A stretch of 63,158 nucleotides of DNA, counting the filler, from Sphacelaria rigidula (taxonomy: Eukaryota), in the NCBI GenBank assembly GCA_964200075.2. It is 7 parts of 7 records of this genome, joined end to end, with 100 filler letters (N's around TTAATTAATTAA, not from the genome) between each part and the next. Parts side by side here need not be neighbours in the genome. Positions count along the whole stretch, not along the records: positions 18,079 to 27,015 come from CAXNAA020009701.1; positions 27,116 to 36,051 come from CAXNAA020009702.1; positions 36,152 to 45,087 come from CAXNAA020009703.1; 4 more parts are not named here. One strand, 5' to 3'. The stretch's first letter is position 1; every line of letters starts with the position of its first letter. Positions 25,392 to 36,590 of the stretch are shown here, piece by piece. The translations under genes and the position numbers were made by a program. A model generated the notes under the pieces. That model was not told where the DNA came from, did no database searches, and saw only the letters and a program-made list of their open reading frames with translations.

Positions 25392-26910
25392 TACAGGCTG
25401 GTTCACGGTGAACACCCAAAATTGTGTCATCAGCAAATGCCTTCCGCAATACGCACCCAATAGTCGCATACACGGTATCATACTGACCGCGATGAAGAGA
25501 CGAAGAGGGTGACATAGCCGGATTTTTGCTTAAGGCCGTAGCAGTGACGCTATAAACGAAAATGTGTCTCAACCAATCAGCCCCCTTCAAACTGTTCCGA
25601 GATCGACATTACGAATTCCAAGCCCAATTTTCACCCAATCTCCACATTCTTCAAACCCTAGTAGCCGTCATCGGCACGGGAATCTAACGAGAAAAACACA
25701 TTTTTAAAATGGTCACTACGGGGGTCGAATTAGACCCGAAACCGTGTTGTTTCGGTGATGGCGGGTGTTGGCGTCGTTTCATTTCCACTAATAATTAATA
25801 CCCACGAAAAACCCAGGGAGCCTCGTGACGGTGTCCCCTATATATGTCGTGAAAAAGCTCAGATCGTCCTCAAACTTGGCAGTTCCGTAGGTATTGATGC
25901 TCCAAATGGAAAAAATGTAATCTTGACAATATTTTATGGTTTCTCCGTCCTCTACCGGCTACCGGGGGTTCCAGTATGGAGATCCCCGGAAGGCGGTACA
26001 GAATGCCCTAAAAAAGAAGTAATAAAATGACGCGTCGCGGAATAGTCCAAGGAACACAGGTACGAAGTTTGATGGAGAAACTCGAAACCCTCATGCAGTT
26101 TTTCTCTCTTTGACGTCAAATTCACCCTAAAAGATGTTTCCATCCTAAAATCATTACGCAACTTTCTGACGAACATATGTACAAAGTTTGGTGGAGAAAC
26201 TCGAAAACCTCATACAGTTTTTCTTGCCTTGACGTAAAATTCACCCCCAAAAACGTTTGCATCCTAAAACCAAGTAGTTTGGAGTTGTACGTTCCCAGCC
26301 CACGTCTTCCACAAACGCGCAAACTTCCACGTCGTTTTCAGGAGTTGTATCCTGAAACTTTGCACAATTATGCTATGTATCATTACGCAACTTTCTACGG
26401 ACGAGGTGTTTTTATTTACTTGAGTTTCACCGTTTTTCGGGGGTCCGACGGGATCGAAGTCGTTTTTCGAAGTAGTCTCCATTCTGGGACCCCGGAAAAC
26501 CGGCACAACGATTTTTTCAATTTCCGCGCACCATTTGTCGCCGCATAACCCAAGGAAGCGCCCCACGAAATTTAGTCGCAAACCTCGATCAACTGATGCT
26601 TGAATTTTCATGTTTACGTCAAAAAAGGCCCAGAAAGGCCTTTTTGGTACAAAAATCAAGTAGTTTGCGGTTTCACCTCGATACGCCGAGGTTATTCGCA
26701 CAAAAGCGAAAAACCTCACGCCGCTTGAAGAAGTTAGACCCTGAAATTTTGCACAGCTGTTCTATGAGTGATTACGCAACCTTTGGAAGGACGAGGTTTC
26801 TTTATTTATTCATTTTTTACCGTTTTACGGGGATCCGATTGGATCGATGTTCTCCCGAAAAGATGGGGACCCTCAAAAGACGGTGAAAAAAGTGCAAAAG
26901 TAAAAACCTG
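25392..26910 (+). mobile_element. Copy of the ~1.5-kb non-autonomous TIR element (paralog of 27238-28767), right end not evident
   Basis: Colinear similarity to 27238-28630 throughout, with an extra internal duplication near 26040-26270. Confidence 0.75.
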
Positions 26911-27115
26911 AGAGAGGCCGTCTTCGCTGTCCCCGAGACAGGCATCGATGAACGAGGGAAGACTTTTGCAGGCGGATACAACACACATGGGGGCCCGGAG
27001 AAGTTTCTTTTCATCNNNNNNNNNNNNNNNNNNNNNNNNNNNNNNNNNNNNNNNNNNNNTTAATTAATTAANNNNNNNNNNNNNNNNNNNNNNNNNNNNN
27101 NNNNNNNNNNNNNNN

Positions 27116-27193
27116 CGGCTGATGCACCCACATACACCGAAAGATGTAGACTGGTGCCCAGAATAAATGGGACGACAACACACACGACAACAC
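27116..27193 (+). mobile_element. 3' tail of the tRNA-derived SINE (tail type 2)
   Basis: CGGCTGATGCACCCACATACACCGAAAG..AGAATAAATGGGACGACAACACAC matches 35576-35645. Confidence 0.65.
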
Positions 27194-27237
27194 ATTGACC
27201 ATATATCGTCCAAAGTGTGCAATATTATAATGTACCG

Positions 27238-28767
27238 TACGAGCTGGTTCACGCAATTCACCCGAAATTGTGTCATCAGCAAATACCTTTCGCAATACCT
27301 ACCCAATAGCCGCTTACATGATATCATACTGACCGCCATGGGCAGCTGAAGAGCGTGACATAGCCGGATTTGTGTGTAAGGTCATAGTGGTAGTGCTGAG
27401 CGCGAAAAAGTATATCGACCAATCAGCGCCCGTCACATTGTTCCGAGATCGAAATTACGAATTCCAAGCCCAATTTTCACCCAACCTCCTCATGCTTCAA
27501 ATGTTAGTAACCGTCATCGGCTCGGGAATCTGACGAAAAAGACACTTGAAAACGGTTACTACGAGGGTCGCATTATACCCGAAACCGTGATGTTACGGTG
27601 ATGTTACGGTGATGTCGGCTATTGGCGTCGTCTAATTTCCACTAATGATACGCACGAAAAACCCCGAGAGCCTCGTGACGCTGTCCCCCATATCTGTTGT
27701 AGAAAATCTCAGATCGCCCTCAAACTTGGCAGTTCCGTAGGTATTGATGCTCCAAATGGAAAAAAAAAACATGTTTTCTTGACAGTATTTCATGGTATCT
27801 CCGTTCTCTACCGGCTTCCGGGGTTCCCAGTATGAAGACCCCCGGAAGGCGGTACAGAATGCCCTGAACGAACAATAAGAAAATGATGCGTCCCGGGATA
27901 GTCCAAGGAGCACATGTACAAAGTTTGGTGGAGAAATTCGAAAACCTCATACAGTTTTTCTTGCCTTGACGTAAAATTTACCCCAAAAAACGTTTTCATA
28001 CAAAAACCAAGCAGTTAGGAGTTGCACGTTCCAAGCCCACGTCCTCCACAAACGCACAAACCTTCACGCCGTTATTATGAGTTAGATCCTGAAACTTTGC
28101 ACAAGTATGCTATGTATCATTATGCAACTTTCAATGGACACGGCTTTTCTACTTCTCGGGTTTTTCACCGATCTTCGGGGGTCCGACGGGATCTAAGTCG
28201 TTTTTCGAAGTAGTCTCCATTCTGGGACCCCGGAAAACCGGAACTACGATGTTTTATTTTTTCGCGCACGATTTTTCGTCGCATAACTCAAGGAAGGACC
28301 CCAAAAAATTTCGTCGCAAAATTCAATCAACTGATGCTTCAATTTTCATGTTGACGTCAAAGAAGGCCCAAAACCGCCGTTTTGGTACAACAATCAAGTA
28401 ATTTGCGGTTTCACCGCGGTACGCCAAGGTTTATCGCACAACAGCAAAAAACCTCACGCCGTTTTGAGGAGTTAGATCCTGAAATTTCACACAGCTGTTA
28501 TATGGGCGACTACGCAACTTTGGAAGAATGAGGTTTTTGTATATTTTTTTACCGTTTTACGGGGGTCCGATTGGATCGATGTTTCCGAAAAATGGGCACC
28601 CCCGAAAAACGGTGGAAAAAGTGAGAAACAGAAAAAAAACTCGTTCTTCGAAAGTTTCGTAATGAACCATGAAACATCTGTGCAAACTTTCAGGGTCTAA
28701 TTCCTTAAAAGCGCGTGAGGTTTTGCCGATGAGTGTTTTTTGGGTGATAAACGTGAACCAGCTCGTA
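27238..28767 (+). mobile_element. 1.53-kb non-autonomous TIR transposon, TA-flanked (Tc1/mariner-like)
   Basis: TACGAGCTGGTTCACG at 27238 and CGTGAACCAGCTCGTA ending 28767; no credible coding region. Confidence 0.8.
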
Positions 28768-30904
28768 GCTAATTATACTTCGTGTTTTTCCTCATGGGAC
28801 TACAGACACCCCGGGAATGATATTGTTCTTCACCTTCCTGCGTAAGTGCTGGATCATACCCTACCGTGAGGACCTGTTAAATTCTAATCCTTGAACGCGC
28901 GAGTGGTCACTAGAACGTGTGCATCCTACTTGCTGATTCGAGAGCCCCCTCCTCCCCAGCGCCGACGATGAGATGAGCACATCTCCCCAAACACCCTCAC
29001 CCGGGGGGTGCTATTTGACGTGTTGGCCGTTTGCCGGCGGGTGGCGCATTATTTCCAAGCGAATGACTGGTATCGTCAAAACGTCGACACCCTTACGACG
29101 TACCCGAACGATAACCAGGAGCAACACCGTTCGTTTGTGACAAGACAAAACGGTCGATACGACCCCCGTGGACGGTGACTTTCCTATCCCTGCAAAAATC
29201 ATGGGCGTAACCTCCACGTGAGAAATCATTAATGCGTTGACGATGTTTCCATCTAGTCGTACGTGCTATGCAGTAAATTTTCGTCTGTTGATGAGATCTT
29301 GAATTTACTGAAACAGCCTAAACAAAGTTGGGTAACATTAGCCCGCAAGTTGTTTCAGATTCAAATGATTTGGTCAGGATTCGTGGGTCGATGTGCTAAA
29401 ACCTTCACGGGTCGGACGAATCGATGATTCGTCTCGAAATTGCTTGATTTTTAGTGTCATTGATTCGTACCGTACCGTACCAATCAATCAATCAATCCTT
29501 AGGCTTTGTTTTCTGCGTTGCAACCCAGGTACGCGCAGCTCAGGCACGTGGAATGGCGCAAAAGTCGCGTGGAGACTTGTTTGACCAGCGGTCGACTTTT
29601 TTCTCTCTTTCGAGCAATCAGGCCTAAGACATCGTGGGTTTGGTTATTCGAACTGGCGATGATTCCTCCGAACCGTGAAAACCTTCACTTGGCGTTTACC
29701 AAGGCTGACGTCGCCCGATTCGGCCGCAAGTAACTTCTACTCCCCCTCATTCGATAGTATATATTCGATTTCCGGATTGCCTCTTTTCATGTCTTCAATA
29801 CCCCGAATGTGCAGCGCATTTTTTTCAACAGTCATTTTCCGATGAAGGAAGGGCTGAGGTTGAAAATTACCTCGGATTCAGCGTCTCCACCCGATTTCCA
29901 GCCCGAACATGTTTACCCCCCCTCAACCATTTAAGTAAGAACTGGGCGGGCGAGACTCTGGCCTGATATAGTGGAGAACTGCCTGTATCAATTTGAGAGC
30001 CTGAGCGTGTGGCTGAGAGAAGGAGCCTAGGGGGGTGTCAGCGTTGGCACTCTATGGCCACATGTGCGTAGATCATGTTGTGATGTCATGACCTGTCTTC
30101 GATTATAAGGTGTACCAGGCTCTTGGGTTGCGTGAAATAGAGTCGGTGCAGCGCTTTTGCGGCAAGATGTGCAATACATGAAATGTACTGTATTCGTACA
30201 TGGAGTGTGTTTGGCCCGCACTCATACCTTCAGCGTGAATCCCAATATAGATTTTGTTGCAAAATAAGACAACCATACCGCCGCAGGTGATGACGCTGGG
30301 GTCTCTCACCGAGAGCTTTCTGTGCACGGTATTTCATAGCACCGTGAAGTCTTGCTGATGAAACAATGACGTCGCATTTCTCATCACCGCTGGTACCATA
30401 CTGAGCAACCTATGGTACGGCAGTTCAAAGCTTGGAATGTGTTTCCTCAACTGCAACGCCGGCACATGCTACCAACATAACTCCGCCGCTTGAGAGACAC
30501 CGCTGTTACTATGCTCGCGTGCTACTCGGCACACTGCTGGGTCAACACCTAAACCAAAAATATGATAGGTACAATCCCAGCCGGTACGTGTCCCAGGATG
30601 CGTCCATTTGTTCGTACTTACCGTTTGGCTGCGAAGCTCGTCTTGGGAATATTTTATTTTTTACACGAAGTCTAGCTTATTCAAGCGCACAGACGGGAGC
30701 TTTTGATGCACGAATGTCGCCGTCTGCCCCCCTCTTGGCTCCCCAGAAAGTGCACACATGACGCCTTTTTCAATCAAACAGAACTCATGTCGACGTTTGA
30801 ATACTCGATTCACTTGACCGGGAGCTTTTCACAGAGAGCATTTGTCCATCTTCACTCGAAAGTGCGAGAATCGGTAGACGTTGGTGAAAGAAGCGGGTCG
30901 TTAT

Positions 30905-31115
30905 AGAGGTATCTCAAACTCGGCTCCCGGTATCCTGGTTTATCCCCTGGCTCTGAGTTGTGTACTATTTTTTCAAGTGAACGTGATCGCGATTCATGAG
31001 AGGACCTGACCTGGCGGTCAAAGGGTCTCGTCATCTGATGAATCGGCATCACTTTCCCTTGAAAAAATAGAACAAAACAAACCAGGATACCGGGAGCCGA
31101 GTTTGAGATACCTCT
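30905..31115. mobile_element. 211-bp foldback MITE with ~37-bp perfect TIR and TAT target duplication
   Basis: AGAGGTATCTCAAACTCGGCTCCCGGTATCCTGGTTT and its exact reverse complement; the inner arms also pair imperfectly; TAT on both flanks. Confidence 0.8.
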
Positions 31116-31656
31116 TATAGGGGATCTTTCCTAATGTTGTGTTGTCGCTGCAGTATGGAGTAAATGGCTCTTTGGAGCGGATCTTGTTGACCGTATTTCG
31201 TCCAAGTGCGGTTTTTCGGCAGTAACGCAATGAATACAAGCTGGGCCGGTCAAGAAAATCACCCTGTGAGAGGACCATATGCTGTGGACGGTGCTGAATC
31301 AGGGAATGCTGAGCAAATCGTTGTATTCGGCTAGTTAACGCAGTCACGCGCCATCTCGCCTTACTCTGTGTGTTGTCGAGCATTGGGTCACCACTACCGG
31401 AGCCCATCGACATGTTCTCCAACTATTATGATAGGAACGACCTTCTCTCAAGGTTGTCAGATATTTGTCATAGTATTAAACAGCTTCCCTATACGTTGCT
31501 ACATATACGTTCTACCCAGTTTAGAACTGCGACCTTCTTCACCAGACGCTGCCAGATATTGTGCGTCTAACCGTTGAACATTTTGCGAAGCTTTGATAGC
31601 AGGATCGATCACAGCGTAGAACATGTATGGGGGAAAATTTCCCCGTCAAACAATTC

Positions 31657-32162
31657 TAACAGCGTTTTCGCTAGATTGAGAGTCTAGCATTGATTAGAGA
31701 GTGGGTTTTATGATTCGCTATCCCTTGACCGATTTTTCATTTTTTTCGTGTTATTCTATGTGTTTTGCTCGGAAGTCTGTCGTGCGCTTACAGCTCCATG
31801 TCGATATCCTACGCAAGGGTGTTAAAGACTTCAGTGACAAGCTACCAAAAAAAGCGTATAAGGCCGTGTATAAGGCCGGGACGCCGGGAGGGGCGTTTCG
31901 GAAGCGAATATGTTTCGGGCATGCATCGACCGTTTCTGGAAATCTTAAGTTCTAGATTTCTGCAGGTGGACGGGACCTATCCAATAAAAGTATGCATTGG
32001 ATTCATCCCATGGCTGAGAACGCTCATTCGACTCGCTCCTTGCATGGCTCGGCGAAGTATTTCCCAAGAAACACCAGTCGAAAAATGAATCAGGATCTCT
32101 CATTCTTTGGGTTTTCACCCTCAATCATACGCTAGATTCTCAATCTGGCGAAAACCGTGTTA
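31657..32162. mobile_element. MITE family A, longer copy
   Basis: TAACAGCGTTTTCGCTAGATTGAGAGTCTAGC ... GCTAGATTCTCAATCTGGCGAAAACCGTGTTA. Confidence 0.75.
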
Positions 32163-32369
32163 TATCTAAAAATTCGGCGGGACTTTGTATGCCCTGTCGT
32201 GCGTCTGGAATATCTAGCCCACGCACCCTAACCCAACCCGCCACCTTTGGAAAGCGTCATCATCCGCTACCCTCCCCACGACCTCAACGACTGACCAGCA
32301 CATTTTGTTTTTCACCGTGTTCCATTGTTGCCGTGTACATGCGAAAAATGCCTTCGTGGTGCAACACAG

Positions 32370-34455
32370 GGACGGGCGACGGCGGGGTTGAGCATGCGCC
32401 TTCCGTACAAGCGGCGGAGAATGCAGAATCAAGCGGGAGACTTTTTCGTGGATGAGAGGTCTGTGAAACAGCACCAAACAACACCAAACATCGCCCCCCC
32501 CTTGAAAATGTGCATGTGCACGGCCGTAACCCTCAACCTTGTTAAGATAACCTGACCACGCCTTATCTGAAAGACCCCTCCGTCCCCCCGTTTTGGTACA
32601 ACCGCAGTACGCACGCCCTATACTATCTCGTCAGCGCGCCACGTTCCGTCTCGTCTACTGCACGATTCTTGATCAGTGCATGGGTTAATCGGCGGAATTA
32701 CCTGATTTAGTTCATTGATCGCCGCGCATCAGCTGGTCCGCTAAGAACTCGGCCGTGGTCCCGTGGTACATGTTAGCTTTCGGAAAACGTTTTGCCCCTG
32801 TCTGTCATTGCACGAACCTTCATGGATTCATTCAGGCATATTATTCCATCAGTCCTTAGATTGATTCGGTTGATTGACGTCGCAATCGAGGTATCCCTAT
32901 GCGAACCTCAGCCATCGTCACAAGATAACATGTTGGGTTTTTCTAATGTCGTTCTGCCACGCTTACGGCAAGAACCTTCATGTCCGGATAGGTTCTTAGA
33001 TGGAAATATCCATGTATTGGATGATTGGAGTGATGAATGAGTTCATTGTCGCAAACTAACTAATCCTTCGCGAATCAAGCCGTGTGTCTTGTATTGTCAT
33101 CCCATCCATTCTGGATGCCAGTCTACACCTCTCGGTATGATTAATTTGATTGATTGTCGCACTTTAGCTGACCCCCCAGGGGTCCAGCTGTGGTCTCATG
33201 ATAGACGTACTCAAGAAAAACGGAATTCAAACAAGCTCTAAGGCTTTTTCGGTGGATGTGGGCTATTCAGCCAGCGTCACACAGGAGGAAGGCCAACACA
33301 TTGGTTTTTCTTTTTTGTTTGCTGTAGTACTCCACCTTCCTTCTGCAGTGCTTGCCTTTTTTATTTTTCGCAATAGGAATTCAGCGGTCCCTTTCCCTCG
33401 TCGACGGTGAAGTTGAATGCTTATGTACCCACGACATAGTCGCTCTCCACTATTGAGCATGGTGGGAGAATAATCCCAGAACGTGTGACTGCAGCGAGAT
33501 TCGAACCCACGACCCAAGCGTCTAAAAGCTTCAAGGTTACCAACTGAGCCACCGGGATGACCGGTCGTTAACGAGATTAAGGTCATATTTTCACACAAAC
33601 ACATACATACGCACACTACTTGTCATCGCTGCCGCCACCGCCCCCTCAACAGCTGCGTCGATTGCGATATCTGTCGGTGGATGGACCCGCGAACATTCAA
33701 GAGGTTTGGCCTGGGGTCTATCGTGGAGTCTCAACCGACTACCAAGGTATGTTGCGAAGCCATACGTGTACGCCGCGCCTAAGTAGTCGAAGTGGTTCTG
33801 TACTATACATGGAGTCTCAATCGACGACCAAGAATCGTTGTGAAGCCATACGTGTCCGTCGGGCCCAAGTAGCTGAACTGGTTCTGTACTGTACACCAAT
33901 AGCCGGTGAGGACAGAAGAGGTGCGGGCGAGATCTCGACAAGTTGATACGGTCGCCGTTTTGTAGCGGAATTTGATTCTGCCGTGGAAAAGCTGAGAGCG
34001 CGAGTAACGAAGACAATCTGTTCGGCGAAAGTCCACGGGATGCGGGAGTGCCTATCCCATGCGAATCCTCAGTAACAAAATGTCGGGAAGGTACATACAC
34101 CCCGGGGGAGAGACGGTTTATCCCTCGAGACTGTGGACGCGTCCCGAGAAAGTTGAGGTGTATCAAACGTATGAAGAACAATCTACACGTGATTGAATGC
34201 ATATGTTGCCTTTGTTTTTTGTAACCGAACGGCTTCCCCAATTGGTGTCTGAGGTCTGCTGATAAAACACGTCGTGTGCAAGCTTACTTCAACCTCGTCC
34301 CGTCCGCGTCATTTGCGAATACTCCCGGCCCGTGTCTTTTTGTTTTTGTTTCTGGCGGTGCTTGCCGCGTGCCACAGGAGGAACGACTCGAAGCGTTCAA
34401 GGCAATGCTGGCGTGCCCTTCGGGCTCCATCCGTGTCTTGCGGGGAGACAAGCTG
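32370..34455 (+). CDS. Single-cluster ferredoxin domain typical of the N-terminus of ferredoxin/metallo-beta-lactamase-fold fusion proteins; spliced, partial
   Basis: Exons 32370-32458, 33653-33746 and 34378-34455 splice in phase to ..RRRMQNQAGDFFVDESCVDCDICRWMDPRTFKRFGLGSIVESQPTTKEERLEAFKAMLACPSGSIRVLRGDKL (CxxCxxC..CP). The first exon(s) and the MBL domain were not located. Confidence 0.82.
33140..33565 (-). mobile_element. tRNA-derived SINE, tail type 1 (LINE-shared tail ending in AATC repeats)
   Basis: A box TGGCTCAGTTGG and B box GGTTCGAATC on the minus strand; body homologous to 35292-35600; tail matches 46277-46355 and 49980-50055. Confidence 0.75.
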
Positions 34456-34714
34456 GTGCGTTGGTCTGCGTTTGTGCTGTTCACATAAACCTTGTGTGGG
34501 TACCCCTTGCGGCGACGATATGCCGCCACCGTGCATTTGCGACATAATAGATTTATCGAGCACGGGTGGGTAGGAGGAGGGAAATAGGCACTTGGCTTGG
34601 ATGCTGTCCGTGTGTTTCTTGACCTGCCGGCGACAATACTGGGCGGAGCAAATGAAATGTTGGGTAGGTGTACAAGTATGGCGTGTAAGCCTGAATGTCT
34701 GGCCCGTACTCGTG

Positions 34715-34885
34715 AGTTTGATTGATCGGTTTGGTTGCTTGGTTGCCTGCTTGGTCGGTTGATTGGTTGGTGATTCGATCGCTTGATTTGGTGGCTTGAT
34801 CAACTGATTGGTCGGTCGTTTGGCTGGTTGTTCGACTTGATCGGTTGCTTGGTTGGCAGGTCCGTTGGTCGGTTGGTTGATTGCT
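34715..34885. repeat. Degenerate (TTGG/TTGA)n low-complexity tract
   Basis: Directly visible; the source of the Q/P/T/N-rich ORF 34309-35007. Confidence 0.7.
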
Positions 34886-35291
34886 TCATGTGTACGCAAG
34901 GTGAACAAAGGAAAAACGCTCGCTACAGGACACTCGAGAAAAAAAGGGTCGGAATGCATGACTGCTGCGAACTTGACCGGGGATTTATCGTCGTGCCGGT
35001 CGGTCATTTGAATCTTCTCGTCTTTGTATCCTGTGGGTTCGGTGTTTCCTTAGACGTACACGACGAGGGCGGAAAAGAGTGTTCGGTGTCGCGAGGACGG
35101 GGGGGTTGAGGGTATCCGCTCTGAAGTCAAATGAACTGTTGAGAAGCAAGGCGAAATCTTTCGTTTGTATTTCATCCGGTTCGATTCCCGGCAGACGCGT
35201 GCATTTTGTTTTTCTCCGAAAACATTTCAGATTTTTGGTCTCTGTCAACGTGATATCGTGGGTAGCAAAAGTACTTTGTTCATACGCGTGC

Positions 35292-35645
35292 ACTGGTCGC
35301 CCCGGTGGCTCAGTTGGTAACCTCTAAACCTTCTGACGGTTGGGTCGTGGGTTCGATTCTCGCAGCGATTTGGGATTTTTTTCTCATGCCCAACAGTGGA
35401 GAGCGACTACATGTCGTGGGTACATATTCAAATCGACTTAATGGTCGACGAGGAAAAGGGACTACTGAACCCCTTTCGCGATAAAAAAAGAGAAGCAAGC
35501 ACCGCAGAAGAAAGGTGGAGAACCAAAATAAACAAAAAAGAAAACTCCTGTGTTGGCCTTCCTCCTGTGTGACCCCGGCTGGTGCGCCCACATATACCGA
35601 AAGGTCTAGACCGGCGCCAAGAATGAATAGGATGACAACACACGC
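35292..35645 (+). mobile_element. tRNA-derived SINE, tail type 2
   Basis: CCCGGTGGCTCAGTTGGTAA..GGGTCGTGGGTTCGATTC head; body shared with the 33140-33565 copy. Confidence 0.75.
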
Positions 35646-36590
35646 GAAGATGTTCTTGTTGAGCCCGGGAGTGTCGATCCAATCTGCGATGCCAAACTGC
35701 GAGGGGTGTACTGGGAGAGAGATGGGTTAATCCAGTGCGACCACGGACTTAATCCGAGAAAGGAAGAGGGTCGGAAGTGTTGACGATGTATATGTATATA
35801 TATTTAAATTTGTGCAGAAGTATACCACAAAGCATTGACGCCTGACTCGTGCAGTATCGTATGACAAGTTAACTTCCGAGTGGTTTGAGGAGGGGAGGGG
35901 GGGGAGGCCTTTCCGCGCCCGTTCAGTAAACAACCACTTTCCTCTTTATATTATGATGGCAAAAAGCATTTCCTTGTTCACTTTTTTTTCACCGGAGAAA
36001 ACGAGCGCAGGGCGGCGGGGGGGGGGGGATTCATGTACTCGCTCTCGCAGGNNNNNNNNNNNNNNNNNNNNNNNNNNNNNNNNNNNNNNNNNNNNTTAAT
36101 TAATTAANNNNNNNNNNNNNNNNNNNNNNNNNNNNNNNNNNNNNNNNNNNNCGGGACGGAGCACGCCGGGTTCTCGCCGGACCAGGCTGATGGTAGGAGG
36201 GGGGGGGGGGGGAGGCGTGGGGGGGGGGGATAATCCAGATATGGCCGTTTACAGGATAAACGCACATCCCGAAGGTGGAAGCGCGGAACCCCCTCCCTAA
36301 AATGTCGAGAAGGGGTGGAGAGATGGAAAGTAAACCAGATCACACGAGGACTGAAGAGTGAAAACGAGAGAGGGCAAAAAAAAGGGAGATGAAAAAAAAG
36401 AACAAAGGAAAAAAAAATCATGAAAGGAAAACGCCAAGCTAAGATCTTGTATAGGTCCTGAGAAACAAAACAAGAAGTTGCTGTGAATTTATATTCACTT
36501 CATGTACCCTTTGCGTTTCCCCGCCTTGCGCCTTTCCCCCCCAACCCCAACAAACAAACATCTATACATATGCCCACACAAATATCATAG

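Noticed and set aside
25392..28767. Local tandem duplication of ~1.5 kb
   Set aside because: The two copies are on different contigs across a spacer, so they are dispersed TE copies.
35296..35372. Functional tRNA gene (also 33490-33562)
   Set aside because: A and B boxes are present but there is no complete cloverleaf, and the sequence continues into a shared repeat body.
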